From the NCBI GenBank assembly GCA_003978475.1, contig QNZR01000099.1:1-32280 (forward strand): a stretch of DNA of 32,280 nucleotides. Reading direction: 5' to 3'. Of this stretch, positions 23,785 to 32,280 are shown piece by piece. The translations under genes were made by a program, and so were the position numbers. Under the pieces are notes generated by a model. It saw only the letters and a list, made by a program, of their open reading frames with translations, ran no database searches and was not told the origin of the DNA. The stretch comes from Sulfurimonas sp. (lineage in GTDB: Bacteria; Campylobacterota; Campylobacteria; Campylobacterales; Sulfurimonadaceae). The stretch's first letter is position 1. Each line of letters starts with the position of its first letter.

Positions 23785-24711
23785 ATGAATGAAGCCAAAT
23801 ATATTTGGATGAATGGTGCCATGAAGCCGTGGGCTGAAGCGCAAACACATGTTCTCTCACACACCCTGCACTACGGTAACGGTGTTATTGAGGGAACCAA
23901 AGCCTACAAAACAGCCAAAGGGTATGCCATTTTTCGCCTTAATGACCATACCTCACGGCTCATTGAATCGGCAAAGATGACGCTCATTTCCATTCCCTAC
24001 TCGGTTGAAGAGCTCAATGCGGCACAAATAGAGCTCATTGCAAAAAACAATTTTACCGGAGACAACGTCTATCTGCGCCCTTTTGCCTTTTTGGGCTACG
24101 GTGCTATGGGCGTGTACCACAAAGATGCTCCGGTTGAGACAGCCATTGCCGCATGGGAGTGGGGAGCCTATCTGGGTGATGAAGGTATGGAAAAAGGCAT
24201 CAAGCTTAAAATTGCTTCCATGAGCCGACCTGCCAACACCTCCAATATGGGAAAAGCCAAAGCTGCTGCCAATTACCTCAATTCACAAATGGCAAAATAC
24301 GAGGCCATAGACTGTGGGTATGACGAAGCACTGCTTCTGGACGATCAGGGCTATGTTGCCGAAGCAAGCGGTGCCTGCTTTTTTATGATCAAAGACGGAG
24401 TAATCATCTCGCCCCCCAATGACAACTCACTTGCTTCAATTACGCAAAAAACGGTTATTGAGATGGCACAGAATATGGGTTATGAGGTGGTTCGCCGCCG
24501 TATTACCCGAGAAGAGATCTATGTTGCCGATGAGGCCTTTTTAACCGGAACCGCCGCCGAGATTACCCCGATTCGTCTTATTGATGCACGGGAGATCGGA
24601 AACGGCAGTCGCGGTCTGATAACCCAAGAAATTCAGCGTGCTTATTTTGACATCGTTTTTGGAAGAGATCCCAACTATGAGCACTACTTAACTTACATAA
24701 CAGGAACATAA
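23785..24711 (+). CDS. ilvE: Branched-chain amino acid aminotransferase
   Basis: 308 aa with clear IlvE similarity (HTLHYGNGVIEG, the EGMEKGIKLKIASMSRPANTSNMGKAKAAANY segment, the GTAAE motif). Confidence 0.9.
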   Translation: MNEAKYIWMNGAMKPWAEAQTHVLSHTLHYGNGVIEGTKAYKTAKGYAIFRLNDHTSRLIESAKMTLISIPYSVEELNAAQIELIAKNNFTGDNVYLRPFAFLGYGAMGVYHKDAPVETAIAAWEWGAYLGDEGMEKGIKLKIASMSRPANTSNMGKAKAAANYLNSQMAKYEAIDCGYDEALLLDDQGYVAEASGACFFMIKDGVIISPPNDNSLASITQKTVIEMAQNMGYEVVRRRITREEIYVADEAFLTGTAAEITPIRLIDAREIGNGSRGLITQEIQRAYFDIVFGRDPNYEHYLTYITGT

Positions 24712-24712
24712 C

Positions 24713-25816
24713 ATGGCAACAGATATGAATGACTACTTCAACAAAAAGAAAAAGGAGTCTAGCGGCGGTTCAGGCGGTAATGGCAACAACGGAGGTGGTG
24801 GGGGTGGCTTTAAACCCAAAGCACCGCGTCCTCCCAAAATTGATCTGAACTTTGGCGGCGGTAAAGCCGGTATTGTCTATTTTATCGGAGCTATTATTCT
24901 CTTTTTGGTTCTGGCAAAACCGTTTGAGATTATTAACGAGGGGGAGCGCGGTATTCTCTCTACCAATGGTAAATATGAGCAGCAGGCGCTGCTTCCGGGA
25001 CTGCATTTTATTGTTCCTATTATTCAAAAAGTGTATGTTGTCGATACCAAAGTGCGCATTATTAACTATGCCGACAAAATCGATCGCAGCAGTGTTTTGG
25101 GTGAAGGTATTAAAGTCAAACCCGCTATTACCGTTTTGGACAAGCGCGGACTTCCCGTTGCGATTGAGCTGACCGTCCAGTACCGTCTTAATGCCCAGTA
25201 TGCAGCACAAACCATCTCCAACTGGGGCTTCTCCTGGGAAGAGAAAATTATTAACCCGGTGGTACGTGATGTCGTACGAAATGTCGTCGGACGTTACGAT
25301 GCCGAATCCCTCCCCACCAAACGAAATGCTATTGCCAGTGAGATTGAGCAGGGTATTTCCAAAAGCGTTACCGGTCTGAAAAATTCTCCGGCAGATTTAC
25401 AATCGGTACAACTTCGTGAAATTGTTCTTCCGGCAAAGGTAAAAGAGCAGATTGAGCGGGTTCAAGTTGCCAAACAGGAAGTACAACGTGCCGAGCAAGA
25501 GGTACAGCGCGCCAAACAAGAAGCGCTCAAACGCGCTGCTGAAGCTCAGGGTAAAGCCGAAGCCGTTAAAATTGCAGCAAAGGGTAAGGCAACCGCTATT
25601 GAAATCGAGGCTGAGGCGACGGCCATTGCCAATAAAGTCATTAGTCAATCATTGACCACGCAACTTTTAGAGCTGGAGCACATTAAGGTTCAAGGGAAAT
25701 TCAATGAAGCGCTTCGCGTCAACAAAGATGCTAAAATCTTCCTGACTCCGGGGGGTTCTACTCCTAATATCTGGGTCGATACCAAAGATGCTCAAAAACG
25801 CGTCTCGGCACAATAG
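24713..25816 (+). CDS. SPFH/band-7 (prohibitin/HflK-C-like) membrane protein with an N-terminal Gly-rich linker and a C-terminal coiled-coil
   Basis: It starts 2 bp after the ilvE stop. Order: Gly-rich stretch (SGGSGGNGNNGGGGGGF), TM helix, SPFH core (ILSTNGKYEQQALLPGLHFIVPIIQKVYVVDT), then a repeated VQRAEQEVQRAKQEALKRAAEAQGKAEA coiled-coil. Confidence 0.75.
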   Translation: MATDMNDYFNKKKKESSGGSGGNGNNGGGGGGFKPKAPRPPKIDLNFGGGKAGIVYFIGAIILFLVLAKPFEIINEGERGILSTNGKYEQQALLPGLHFIVPIIQKVYVVDTKVRIINYADKIDRSSVLGEGIKVKPAITVLDKRGLPVAIELTVQYRLNAQYAAQTISNWGFSWEEKIINPVVRDVVRNVVGRYDAESLPTKRNAIASEIEQGISKSVTGLKNSPADLQSVQLREIVLPAKVKEQIERVQVAKQEVQRAEQEVQRAKQEALKRAAEAQGKAEAVKIAAKGKATAIEIEAEATAIANKVISQSLTTQLLELEHIKVQGKFNEALRVNKDAKIFLTPGGSTPNIWVDTKDAQKRVSAQ

Positions 25817-25834
25817 CGCCAGGGAGACTGCGCT

Positions 25835-26515
25835 ATGGTTCATGAAGCACTAGATCGTGTTGACTGGGAGAAGTCCGAACTTCTCCCTGTCATTGTCCAA
25901 GAGATTAACAGCCGTGAAGTTCTTATGCTGGCATACATGAACCGTGAGGCACTGCGCCTCTCTTTGGAGACTAAAATAGCGCACTATTTTTCACGCTCCA
26001 AACAGCGTATTTGGAAAAAAGGAGAACGTAGCGGGCATATTCAAAAAATTCATCATTTTGCCCTGGACTGCGACCAGGATACATTACTCATTCATGTCGA
26101 ACAAGAAGGAGTCGCCTGTCACACCGGACGACCTTCATGTTTTTTTACCGAACTTCAAAGCGGTGAAGCGCAACAAAATGTTGCCGTTGACGCTCAGGCA
26201 ATGTACGGCGTGATCGATACCCTCTATCACACGATTTTAGAACGTAAACATGCCGATGCCGCGTCATCATGGACGGCAAAACTGTTACAGCAGGGTGATA
26301 ACGCCATTTTAAAAAAGGTGGTTGAAGAGGCGGGTGAGTTTGCTTTTGCCTGCAAAGACAATGATGAACATGAGATTATTTATGAATGTGCCGATCTGAC
26401 CTACCACGTGCTTGTGGCACTGGGTTCTAAAAATATTGCTCCCGATCGCATCAAACAGGAGCTGGCACGGCGCAGCGGTATCAGCGGTATTGAAGAGAAA
26501 AATTCCCGCCACTAA
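25835..26515 (+). CDS. hisIE: Bifunctional phosphoribosyl-AMP cyclohydrolase / phosphoribosyl-ATP pyrophosphatase
   Basis: The N-terminal half is HisI (LLPVIVQE...KGERSGH...DCDQDTLLIHVEQEGVACHTGRPSCFF) and the C-terminal half is HisE (LYHTILERK...EEAGEFAFA...DLTYHVLV). An AGGGAG RBS is present. Its stop overlaps the next ATG (TAATG). Confidence 0.9.
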   Translation: MVHEALDRVDWEKSELLPVIVQEINSREVLMLAYMNREALRLSLETKIAHYFSRSKQRIWKKGERSGHIQKIHHFALDCDQDTLLIHVEQEGVACHTGRPSCFFTELQSGEAQQNVAVDAQAMYGVIDTLYHTILERKHADAASSWTAKLLQQGDNAILKKVVEEAGEFAFACKDNDEHEIIYECADLTYHVLVALGSKNIAPDRIKQELARRSGISGIEEKNSRH

Positions 26516-27030
26516 TGAAAGAGAAGCTCACCGCCTTTATTCAGCAACTTACCCTGTATGACTATGTACTCTTTGCAATGGTCATACTGCTGGTCATTCT
26601 ACTGCTGTCTTTGGCTATTATCGTACGAAAAAAAGTGGCACTTAGCATGACGCTGTTTATTTTTGCTGTACTACTTTTAGTCACCGGGCCGACGATTGGC
26701 TACATGAAACTGCGCCAGTTCCTCTATAAAACGACCACAAGCATCACCGAAGTTAAGACACTGGAATTTTCTCAGGCACTGGTACTCAAAGGGGTACTCT
26801 ACAATGCTTCCAAACGGCACCTTTCTACATGTAATATTACGGCCAAGATATTCAAAGTCTCGGGTCATCCGTATCTCGATATGCTCTATCCGCTCAACCC
26901 ATTCAAAAAAATGTCGATACTAAAAGAGGTAAACCTCTCTGTAGGAGAGCATTACGAATTTAAAATGATTGTTGAACCTTTTACCTATACAAAGGAGTAC
27001 AATCTCTCGATTGGAGCAACGTGCCGATGA
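26515..27030 (+). CDS. Hypothetical 2-TM membrane protein (paralogue 1 of a tandem pair)
   Basis: 171 aa: two hydrophobic helices separated by RKK, then a ~110-aa soluble domain. Translationally coupled to hisIE upstream and to its paralogue downstream. Confidence 0.5.
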   Translation: MKEKLTAFIQQLTLYDYVLFAMVILLVILLLSLAIIVRKKVALSMTLFIFAVLLLVTGPTIGYMKLRQFLYKTTTSITEVKTLEFSQALVLKGVLYNASKRHLSTCNITAKIFKVSGHPYLDMLYPLNPFKKMSILKEVNLSVGEHYEFKMIVEPFTYTKEYNLSIGATCR

Positions 27031-27578
27031 TGACCTATCTTACCGTATGGCACTACCTGGTGATACTTATTGTCTTACTGCTTTTTATATTGGTCGTCAT
27101 CATTGCCTTGCAAAATGCCAATAAAAAACTGCGCTTTTCCATGATTTTTTCTGCGTTTATTTCATTGGTACTTGTAGGCGCCTTTGCCATGATGGCATTA
27201 GATAAGTACACCAAAAAAGTCAAGGTCACCTCGCTCAAAAACAAGCGTATTCTCTCCCTTGAAAAGATTCAATACAGTGGTATCGTCAAAAATATCGGTA
27301 AGTACACCGTCGGCAGGGTCGAACTGGAAATTAAACTGGTTAACAAAGGACATGTCACCGGTAATGTCAAAGGCGGTAATTTTTACAATCCCAGCGGCTT
27401 TGGCGACTTTTTTGCTACAGCGACACAAAAGAAAAAAAGCAAACCCCAAACCCTGCTAATGACCTTTGTCATTGCCAAAAATCTGAAAGCCGGACAGGCC
27501 AAAAGCTTTAAGGTCACCATGCCCTACCCCGGATATTTCCGCTCAACAGCAGATTTTACACGGGTGTTTGCACACTAG
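27021..27578 (+). CDS. Hypothetical 2-TM membrane protein (paralogue 2), Lys-rich soluble domain
   Basis: 185 aa with the same architecture and alignable segments (KKVALSMTLFIFAVLLLVTGP vs KKLRFSMIFSAFISLVLVGAF). It overlaps the previous gene by 10 nt. Confidence 0.5.
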   Translation: MPMMTYLTVWHYLVILIVLLLFILVVIIALQNANKKLRFSMIFSAFISLVLVGAFAMMALDKYTKKVKVTSLKNKRILSLEKIQYSGIVKNIGKYTVGRVELEIKLVNKGHVTGNVKGGNFYNPSGFGDFFATATQKKKSKPQTLLMTFVIAKNLKAGQAKSFKVTMPYPGYFRSTADFTRVFAH

Positions 27579-28374
27579 CAATATCATTAAGAACGCTCTG
27601 TAAAAGCTCCTGATCCAGATCAAACGTTTTGGCAACATAGAGTGCTTTAATAGTTGACATATCAGTCACATTTCCATGGTAATCCACACTCTGTCGTACC
27701 GCTTTTAGCAGAGCGCTCAATACTTTGATGTCATGATCGGCGGTATGTGGTGCGTCACTGTAGCGGATAATACGGATGAAATCCGTTTCAAATCCCCAAT
27801 GATCAAAAATTTCGGCACTCACCTGAGCCGTCGTCATACCGCATAATTCACGCTCAGCTTCATGCTCCTCCACACCACTGCCAAGCAGTGCTTCAAAGGC
27901 TTCTTGCCGATGACCTCGCTGCAACTCCTGCGATAACAATATTTTTCCGATATTGACCAAAAAAGCGGCAGGTTCCAAAAGCAGCAGTTTCGACGGATGG
28001 CGCTTGCGAACCCACTGCAACATCACAGCAGAACAGCTCAGGGCAACCTGCTCAAAATCTCTCTCACTCATACCATAAGCACGCATATCAAAGGGAAAAC
28101 TCTTTTTGACAATAGAGCCCACTACAAACGAGCGCACAGTACCCATACCAAAGAGAGCAATCGCTTGCTGTAACGACGTAATCTCCCGGCGAAACCCGTA
28201 AATCGGTGCATTGACATTCCGTAAAATATCGGCAGTCATCACCGGGTCTTTCTCTATAATTTTTTGGTAGTCCGCAAAGCTCTTTGTGGGGTCGTGAATA
28301 ATCTGCTCCATTGCCTCAACATTCTGTGGCAATGGCGGTATGGCTTCAATCCTCTCCAAAATCGCATGGTTCAT
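27556..28374 (-). CDS. HDOD-domain signalling protein
   Basis: 272 aa. The N-terminal LPPLPQNVEAMEQIIHDPTKSFADYQKIIEKDPVMTADILRNVNAPIYGFRREITSLQQAIALFGMGTVRSFV is a typical HDOD core. Confidence 0.7.
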   Translation of the reverse strand: MNHAILERIEAIPPLPQNVEAMEQIIHDPTKSFADYQKIIEKDPVMTADILRNVNAPIYGFRREITSLQQAIALFGMGTVRSFVVGSIVKKSFPFDMRAYGMSERDFEQVALSCSAVMLQWVRKRHPSKLLLLEPAAFLVNIGKILLSQELQRGHRQEAFEALLGSGVEEHEAERELCGMTTAQVSAEIFDHWGFETDFIRIIRYSDAPHTADHDIKVLSALLKAVRQSVDYHGNVTDMSTIKALYVAKTFDLDQELLQSVLNDIASVQTPV

Positions 28375-28388
28375 GGTATCCCCTTGTC

Positions 28389-29354
28389 TTAATACTTTAG
28401 ACCCACGGTTTTTAATCGCTCGTTAATATGTTTTAGCTGTAGATTTTTATCGCGACACCACGACGGTGCAATAAGCGAGCCATCGGAAATGCCTGCCGTA
28501 ATACGCTGCACGCTGACATGTTCAGGTTTCATTGTGAGCGCACTCACGAGCACATCAATATAATCGGCTTCACAAATGGGCGTGAACTCGCCTCGGGCAA
28601 ACTCATTGGCAAGCGCCGTGCGTTTGACTACATACAACGGGTGATATTTAACCGAATCAATCCCCCACTCATATGCCGCTTTGCAGGAGTCAAGCATCAT
28701 CATCGGTGTCTCATTGGGAAGCCCGAAAATCAGGTGTCCGCAAACATTAAGCCCTTGCACTTTGGCTTTTTTTATCCAAATTTCAACATTTTTGGCACTG
28801 TGCCCCCGATTAATGCGCTCAAGCGTCTCATCGTAAATAGATTGAATGCCAAATTCAATCCAGATCTCCTTGTGGCGGGAGAGCTCTGCCAAATACAACA
28901 GGGTCTCATCACTCACACTGTCACTTCGGGTTCCAATGCTTAAACCTACGACATCATCAAAACCCAATGCCTCTTCATAAAGCGCTTTAAGTGTCGATAG
29001 CGGTGCATAGGTATTGGTAAAAGACTGAAAATAGACCAAAAATTTAGCCGCACCGTAATCGCGCCGAAGTCGCGCACTCATAGACTCAAACTGAAGACGT
29101 AACTGCTGAAGCTGTTTTTCTAAAAAAGGGTTCTCTTTCGAGGTGAGGTTCAGATGAAACCCCTTTAACGGTTTCACTTTGTCCAAACTGGGACTAAACG
29201 AGTCATTCTCGCAAAAAGTACACCCTCCTACCGCAACACTGCCGTCAATATTGGGGCAGGTAAACCCGGAAATGGAGATGGGCACTTTGTACACTTTGGT
29301 ACCGAATTTCTCCTTGAGATAGTGCCCGTAGGTATGAATCTGCCGGAGTTTCAA
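28389..29354 (-). CDS. Radical SAM protein, TIGR01212 (YhcC-like) family
   Basis: 321 aa with the family cysteine signature ...CPNIDGSVAVGGCTFCEND... It starts at TTG. Confidence 0.65.
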   Translation of the reverse strand: MKLRQIHTYGHYLKEKFGTKVYKVPISISGFTCPNIDGSVAVGGCTFCENDSFSPSLDKVKPLKGFHLNLTSKENPFLEKQLQQLRLQFESMSARLRRDYGAAKFLVYFQSFTNTYAPLSTLKALYEEALGFDDVVGLSIGTRSDSVSDETLLYLAELSRHKEIWIEFGIQSIYDETLERINRGHSAKNVEIWIKKAKVQGLNVCGHLIFGLPNETPMMMLDSCKAAYEWGIDSVKYHPLYVVKRTALANEFARGEFTPICEADYIDVLVSALTMKPEHVSVQRITAGISDGSLIAPSWCRDKNLQLKHINERLKTVGLKY

Positions 29355-29363
29355 CAGAAGCTT

Positions 29364-30716
29364 CTATACAATATACTCACCCGTAAAACAGGCGGTACAA
29401 TAATTGGATTTCGTCGCATCTACGCTACGAAGCAGCGCATCATTACTCAAGTAGGCCAACGAGTCGGCTTCAATATATTTACAGATCTCGTCACTGCTCA
29501 TATTTGCGGCAATTAGCTTATCTTTATCCGGCGTATCGACACCGTAGTAACACGGGTCGGTAGTCGGTGGACTGGAAATACGCATATGTACCTCGGTAGC
29601 ACCGGCATCTTTGAGCATACGAATAATACGGCGGCTCGTGGTTCCACGGACAATAGAGTCATCAATGACGACCACCCGTTTACCCCGAATCATGGAAACA
29701 ATAGGAGAGAGCTTCATCTTCACTTTAAGATCCCGCATCTCCTGTGTAGGCTCAATAAACGTACGTCCTATATAATGATTGCGCATAATCGCCATTTCAA
29801 AAGGAATACCACTCTCTTGGGAATACCCGATTGCCGCAGGAATGCCGCCATCGGGAACCGGTACAATCAGATCGGCTTCAACCGGCTTCTCCTTCGCCAG
29901 AGCAACACCCATATTTTTACGCATTAAATAGACATTTTGACCAAAAATATCAGAGTCTGGCCGTGCAAAATAGACATACTCGAAAATACAGTGTTTGGGG
30001 GTCGGCTCAAACACTTTAATAGATTGCGGCGCCTTCGATTTTTCAAATACCAACAATTCTCCCGGCTCAACATCACGAACAAATTCCGCACCGATAAGAT
30101 CAAAAGCACAGGTCTCCGATGCCACAACATAACCGTCACCCACACGTCCGAGACTCAAAGGTCGAAACCCGTAAGGATCACGCATGGCAAACATCTTGCT
30201 GCGACTTAAAAAAACCAGTGAATATGCACCGTCAATTTTTTGCACCGCATCAATAATACGATCGAGCAGTTTCTCTTCATCACTTTTGGCAATCAGGTGA
30301 ATCAGATTTTCCGTATCCATAAAAGTCTGAAAAATCGCCCCTTTGGCAATCAATGCATCGCGAACTTCCCGAGCATTGGTCAAATTACCGTTATGTACAA
30401 TAGACATCTCTCCCAGATCATATCGGGCAAAGACCGGTTGCGCATCTAAAATGGAGTCATCACCGGCCGTCGAGTAGCGGGTGTGCCCAATGGCGGCACG
30501 CCCCTGAAGGGTTGCGAGTTTCTGCTCATCAAAAACCCGCGTCACCAGTCCCCGGTCTTTGATGGTATAGAGCTTTTTACCGTCACCGCTGCTGATACCG
30601 GCGGCTTCTTGCCCGCGATGCTGCAAGGCATGAAGGCAGAAATAGGCAAGCTTGGAGGCTTCCTCATGATCAAAAACACCCACAACCGCACATTTTTCAT
30701 TAAGTGAACGCTCCAC
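29364..30716 (-). CDS. purF: Amidophosphoribosyltransferase
   Basis: 450 aa. The GTG start has an AAGGAGG RBS 5 nt upstream. A short propeptide MERSLNEK precedes the catalytic Cys (CAVVGVF), then a type-I PRTase domain (VVVIDDSIVRGTT). Confidence 0.9.
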   Translation of the reverse strand: MERSLNEKCAVVGVFDHEEASKLAYFCLHALQHRGQEAAGISSGDGKKLYTIKDRGLVTRVFDEQKLATLQGRAAIGHTRYSTAGDDSILDAQPVFARYDLGEMSIVHNGNLTNAREVRDALIAKGAIFQTFMDTENLIHLIAKSDEEKLLDRIIDAVQKIDGAYSLVFLSRSKMFAMRDPYGFRPLSLGRVGDGYVVASETCAFDLIGAEFVRDVEPGELLVFEKSKAPQSIKVFEPTPKHCIFEYVYFARPDSDIFGQNVYLMRKNMGVALAKEKPVEADLIVPVPDGGIPAAIGYSQESGIPFEMAIMRNHYIGRTFIEPTQEMRDLKVKMKLSPIVSMIRGKRVVVIDDSIVRGTTSRRIIRMLKDAGATEVHMRISSPPTTDPCYYGVDTPDKDKLIAANMSSDEICKYIEADSLAYLSNDALLRSVDATKSNYCTACFTGEYIV

Positions 30717-30725
30717 GCCCCCTCC

Positions 30726-31496
30726 TTATTTGAGCTCTAAACAATCAGTGATTGAATAGAGACCGTTGGGCTGGGTACAAAGCCATTTTGCCGCACGAAT
30801 TGCACCTTTGGAAAAGGTGTTGCGACTGGTTGCCGTATGGTTGAGTTCAATAAACTCACCGTCATTATAAAAGCCTACGGTATGACGTCCGACAATATCA
30901 CCGCCACGCAGTGCCATGACGGCAATTTCGTCACGACTTCGCTCCCCGATAATACCGTTACGACCACTCACGCGTACCTTATCCAACGTCAGATTCCGCG
31001 CCGATGCCGCCGATTCTGCCAACGTCAGTGCCGTACCGCTGGGCGCATCTTTTTTATGCCGGTGGTGCTGCTCGACAATTTCAATATCAAAGCCTTGCAA
31101 TGTTGCCGCCGCCGTATGTACCAGCCGGTTCAAAAGTGCCACGCCCAGCGACATATTGGTCGCATACAAAATCGGCATCTTCTCACTTGCTTCTTTAAGC
31201 AAATTCATCTGGTGAACATTAAATCCGGTCGTACCGATGACCAGAGGCGTCGGTTGCTCCAGTGCCAATTCCAGAAGTTGCTGTGTCGCTTCGGGTGTTG
31301 AAAAGTCAATCACCAGTTCAGAATCTTTGAGAAAGGTTGTCATATCATTCGTAGCCAATACTGAAGGCTCCAAAGAGAAATCCAATCGGTCATAAACATG
31401 AACACATGCCAATGCAATCTCGTCGTCCGTTTTTATATCTTCAATTAATAGTCGTCCTACTCTTCCTGTTGCACCGAACAGCCCTACTTTTAGCAT
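30726..31496 (-). CDS. dapB: 4-hydroxy-tetrahydrodipicolinate reductase
   Basis: [17 protein letters not shown]... is the DapB N-terminal Rossmann motif, plus the central [13 protein letters not shown] motif. ATG at comp. 31494-31496 has an AAAGGA RBS; the track ORF begins one codon earlier at TTG. Confidence 0.9.
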   Translation of the reverse strand: MLKVGLFGATGRVGRLLIEDIKTDDEIALACVHVYDRLDFSLEPSVLATNDMTTFLKDSELVIDFSTPEATQQLLELALEQPTPLVIGTTGFNVHQMNLLKEASEKMPILYATNMSLGVALLNRLVHTAAATLQGFDIEIVEQHHRHKKDAPSGTALTLAESAASARNLTLDKVRVSGRNGIIGERSRDEIAVMALRGGDIVGRHTVGFYNDGEFIELNHTATSRNTFSKGAIRAAKWLCTQPNGLYSITDCLELK

Positions 31497-31508
31497 CAAT
31501 GTCCTTTA

Positions 31509-32280
31509 TTATGAATGTAGTTTCTCATCAACATACGCAATAGCCTGTAGTGCCGCCACTGCGCCGTCGCCGGCAGCTGAGACCACCTGTTTTGGCGCTT
31601 CAATACGCATATCTCCGGCCGCATACAGACCCGGTACCGATGTTGCCATACTCAATGTGACCATCACTTCTCCATGGGTATTCATCTCACACAAAAAAGT
31701 ATCGTCATCCTGCTTCAAAACCCCGTTATTAACATCATTTCCGACAAACGTAAAAACTCCGGGTACCTCAATATCACGCACCGAACCGTCTTTCAAAGCA
31801 ACGCTAATACCCGTAACCCCCATCTGGTCGCCATACACTTCCTGCGGGGATGCGTTTAGGACCAATTCAATATTCTCGGTGGCTTCAATACGCTTGACCG
31901 TATTGGGAGCTGCACGAAACGTGTCCCGTCGATGCACCAAATAGATTTTGGAACAGATTTTTGCCAGATGCAGCGCCTCTTCAAGCGCAGTATCACCGCC
32001 GCCGATCACGACGACCTCTTTGCCTTTGTAGAAAAATCCGTCACAAGTAGCACAGGTGCTGACACCGCGTCCAAAAAACTCCTCTTCACCGGAAAATCCG
32101 GCGCGGCGCGGTGTAGAACCGGTACAGACAATCACACTGAGTGCTTCTTGGGTCGTACCGTCTCCCAGTGAGATCGTAAAGCTTCCCTCACGGTTTCGGC
32201 TCACCTGGGTAACTTCAACCATCTCATGTTTCAGACCGAATTTCTGACACTGTTCGGGCCAGGGCATCATCAGATCCATA
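31509..32280 (-). CDS. trxB: Thioredoxin reductase, C-terminal ~256 aa (the N-terminus lies beyond the window end)
   Basis: Contains the redox-active CATC motif (GVSTCATCDGFFYKGKEVVVIGGGDTALEEA) and a C-terminal AAGD. The Met at 32279 is internal, and the frame is open to the window edge. Confidence 0.85.
   Translation of the reverse strand, partial: MDLMMPWPEQCQKFGLKHEMVEVTQVSRNREGSFTISLGDGTTQEALSVIVCTGSTPRRAGFSGEEEFFGRGVSTCATCDGFFYKGKEVVVIGGGDTALEEALHLAKICSKIYLVHRRDTFRAAPNTVKRIEATENIELVLNASPQEVYGDQMGVTGISVALKDGSVRDIEVPGVFTFVGNDVNNGVLKQDDDTFLCEMNTHGEVMVTLSMATSVPGLYAAGDMRIEAPKQVVSAAGDGAVAALQAIAYVDEKLHS

Noticed and set aside
24770-25648. ORFs 24770..25210(-), 24852..25172(+), 25397..25648(-) and 25452..25655(+)
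   Set aside because: They lie inside the SPFH gene in other frames or on the other strand. The low-complexity coiled-coil coding region generates open alternative frames.
1-32280. Search for tRNA/rRNA genes, CRISPR arrays, integrases, transposases and prophage or plasmid genes
   Set aside because: None was found. The intergenic regions are short promoter/RBS spacers, and no cloverleaf-like sequences or long direct or inverted terminal repeats were seen.

Overview
This window looks like a chromosomal segment from a Campylobacterota-type (epsilonproteobacterial) genome. That call is an inference from gene content (FliK plus a small FlhB-C-like protein, nusB-ribH-kdsA order, AAGGAG-type RBSs, several TTG/GTG starts). 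Most of it is housekeeping, but there are four things worth a second look. (1) A 9.1-kb gene for a ~3,050-aa secreted giant repeat protein: Sec signal peptide, DUF11-like N-terminal domains, 16 tandem SdrD-B/Cna-B-type Ca-binding domains, thrombospondin-type-3-like Asp repeats, and a C-terminal IPTL-CTERM-type sorting signal. (2) A statistically improbable, recurrent perfect palindrome TTACATGTAA (core TACATGTA). It sits just downstream of extended -10 promoter elements of three unrelated transcription units and just past the stop of the giant gene. I read this as a candidate operator of an unidentified regulator, i.e. a small regulon. (3) A frameshift-split NDH-2-like oxidoreductase gene. (4) An MscL with a C-terminal CxxC..CxxC zinc-ribbon tail. 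I saw no rRNA, tRNA, CRISPR array, integrase, transposase or prophage signature. Two caveats on coordinates. The ORF track uses alternative start codons and omits edge-truncated ORFs, so several starts were re-called by hand and one partial multihaem cytochrome gene at the 5' edge was added. My hand-read positions of short motifs may be off by 1-2 nt.
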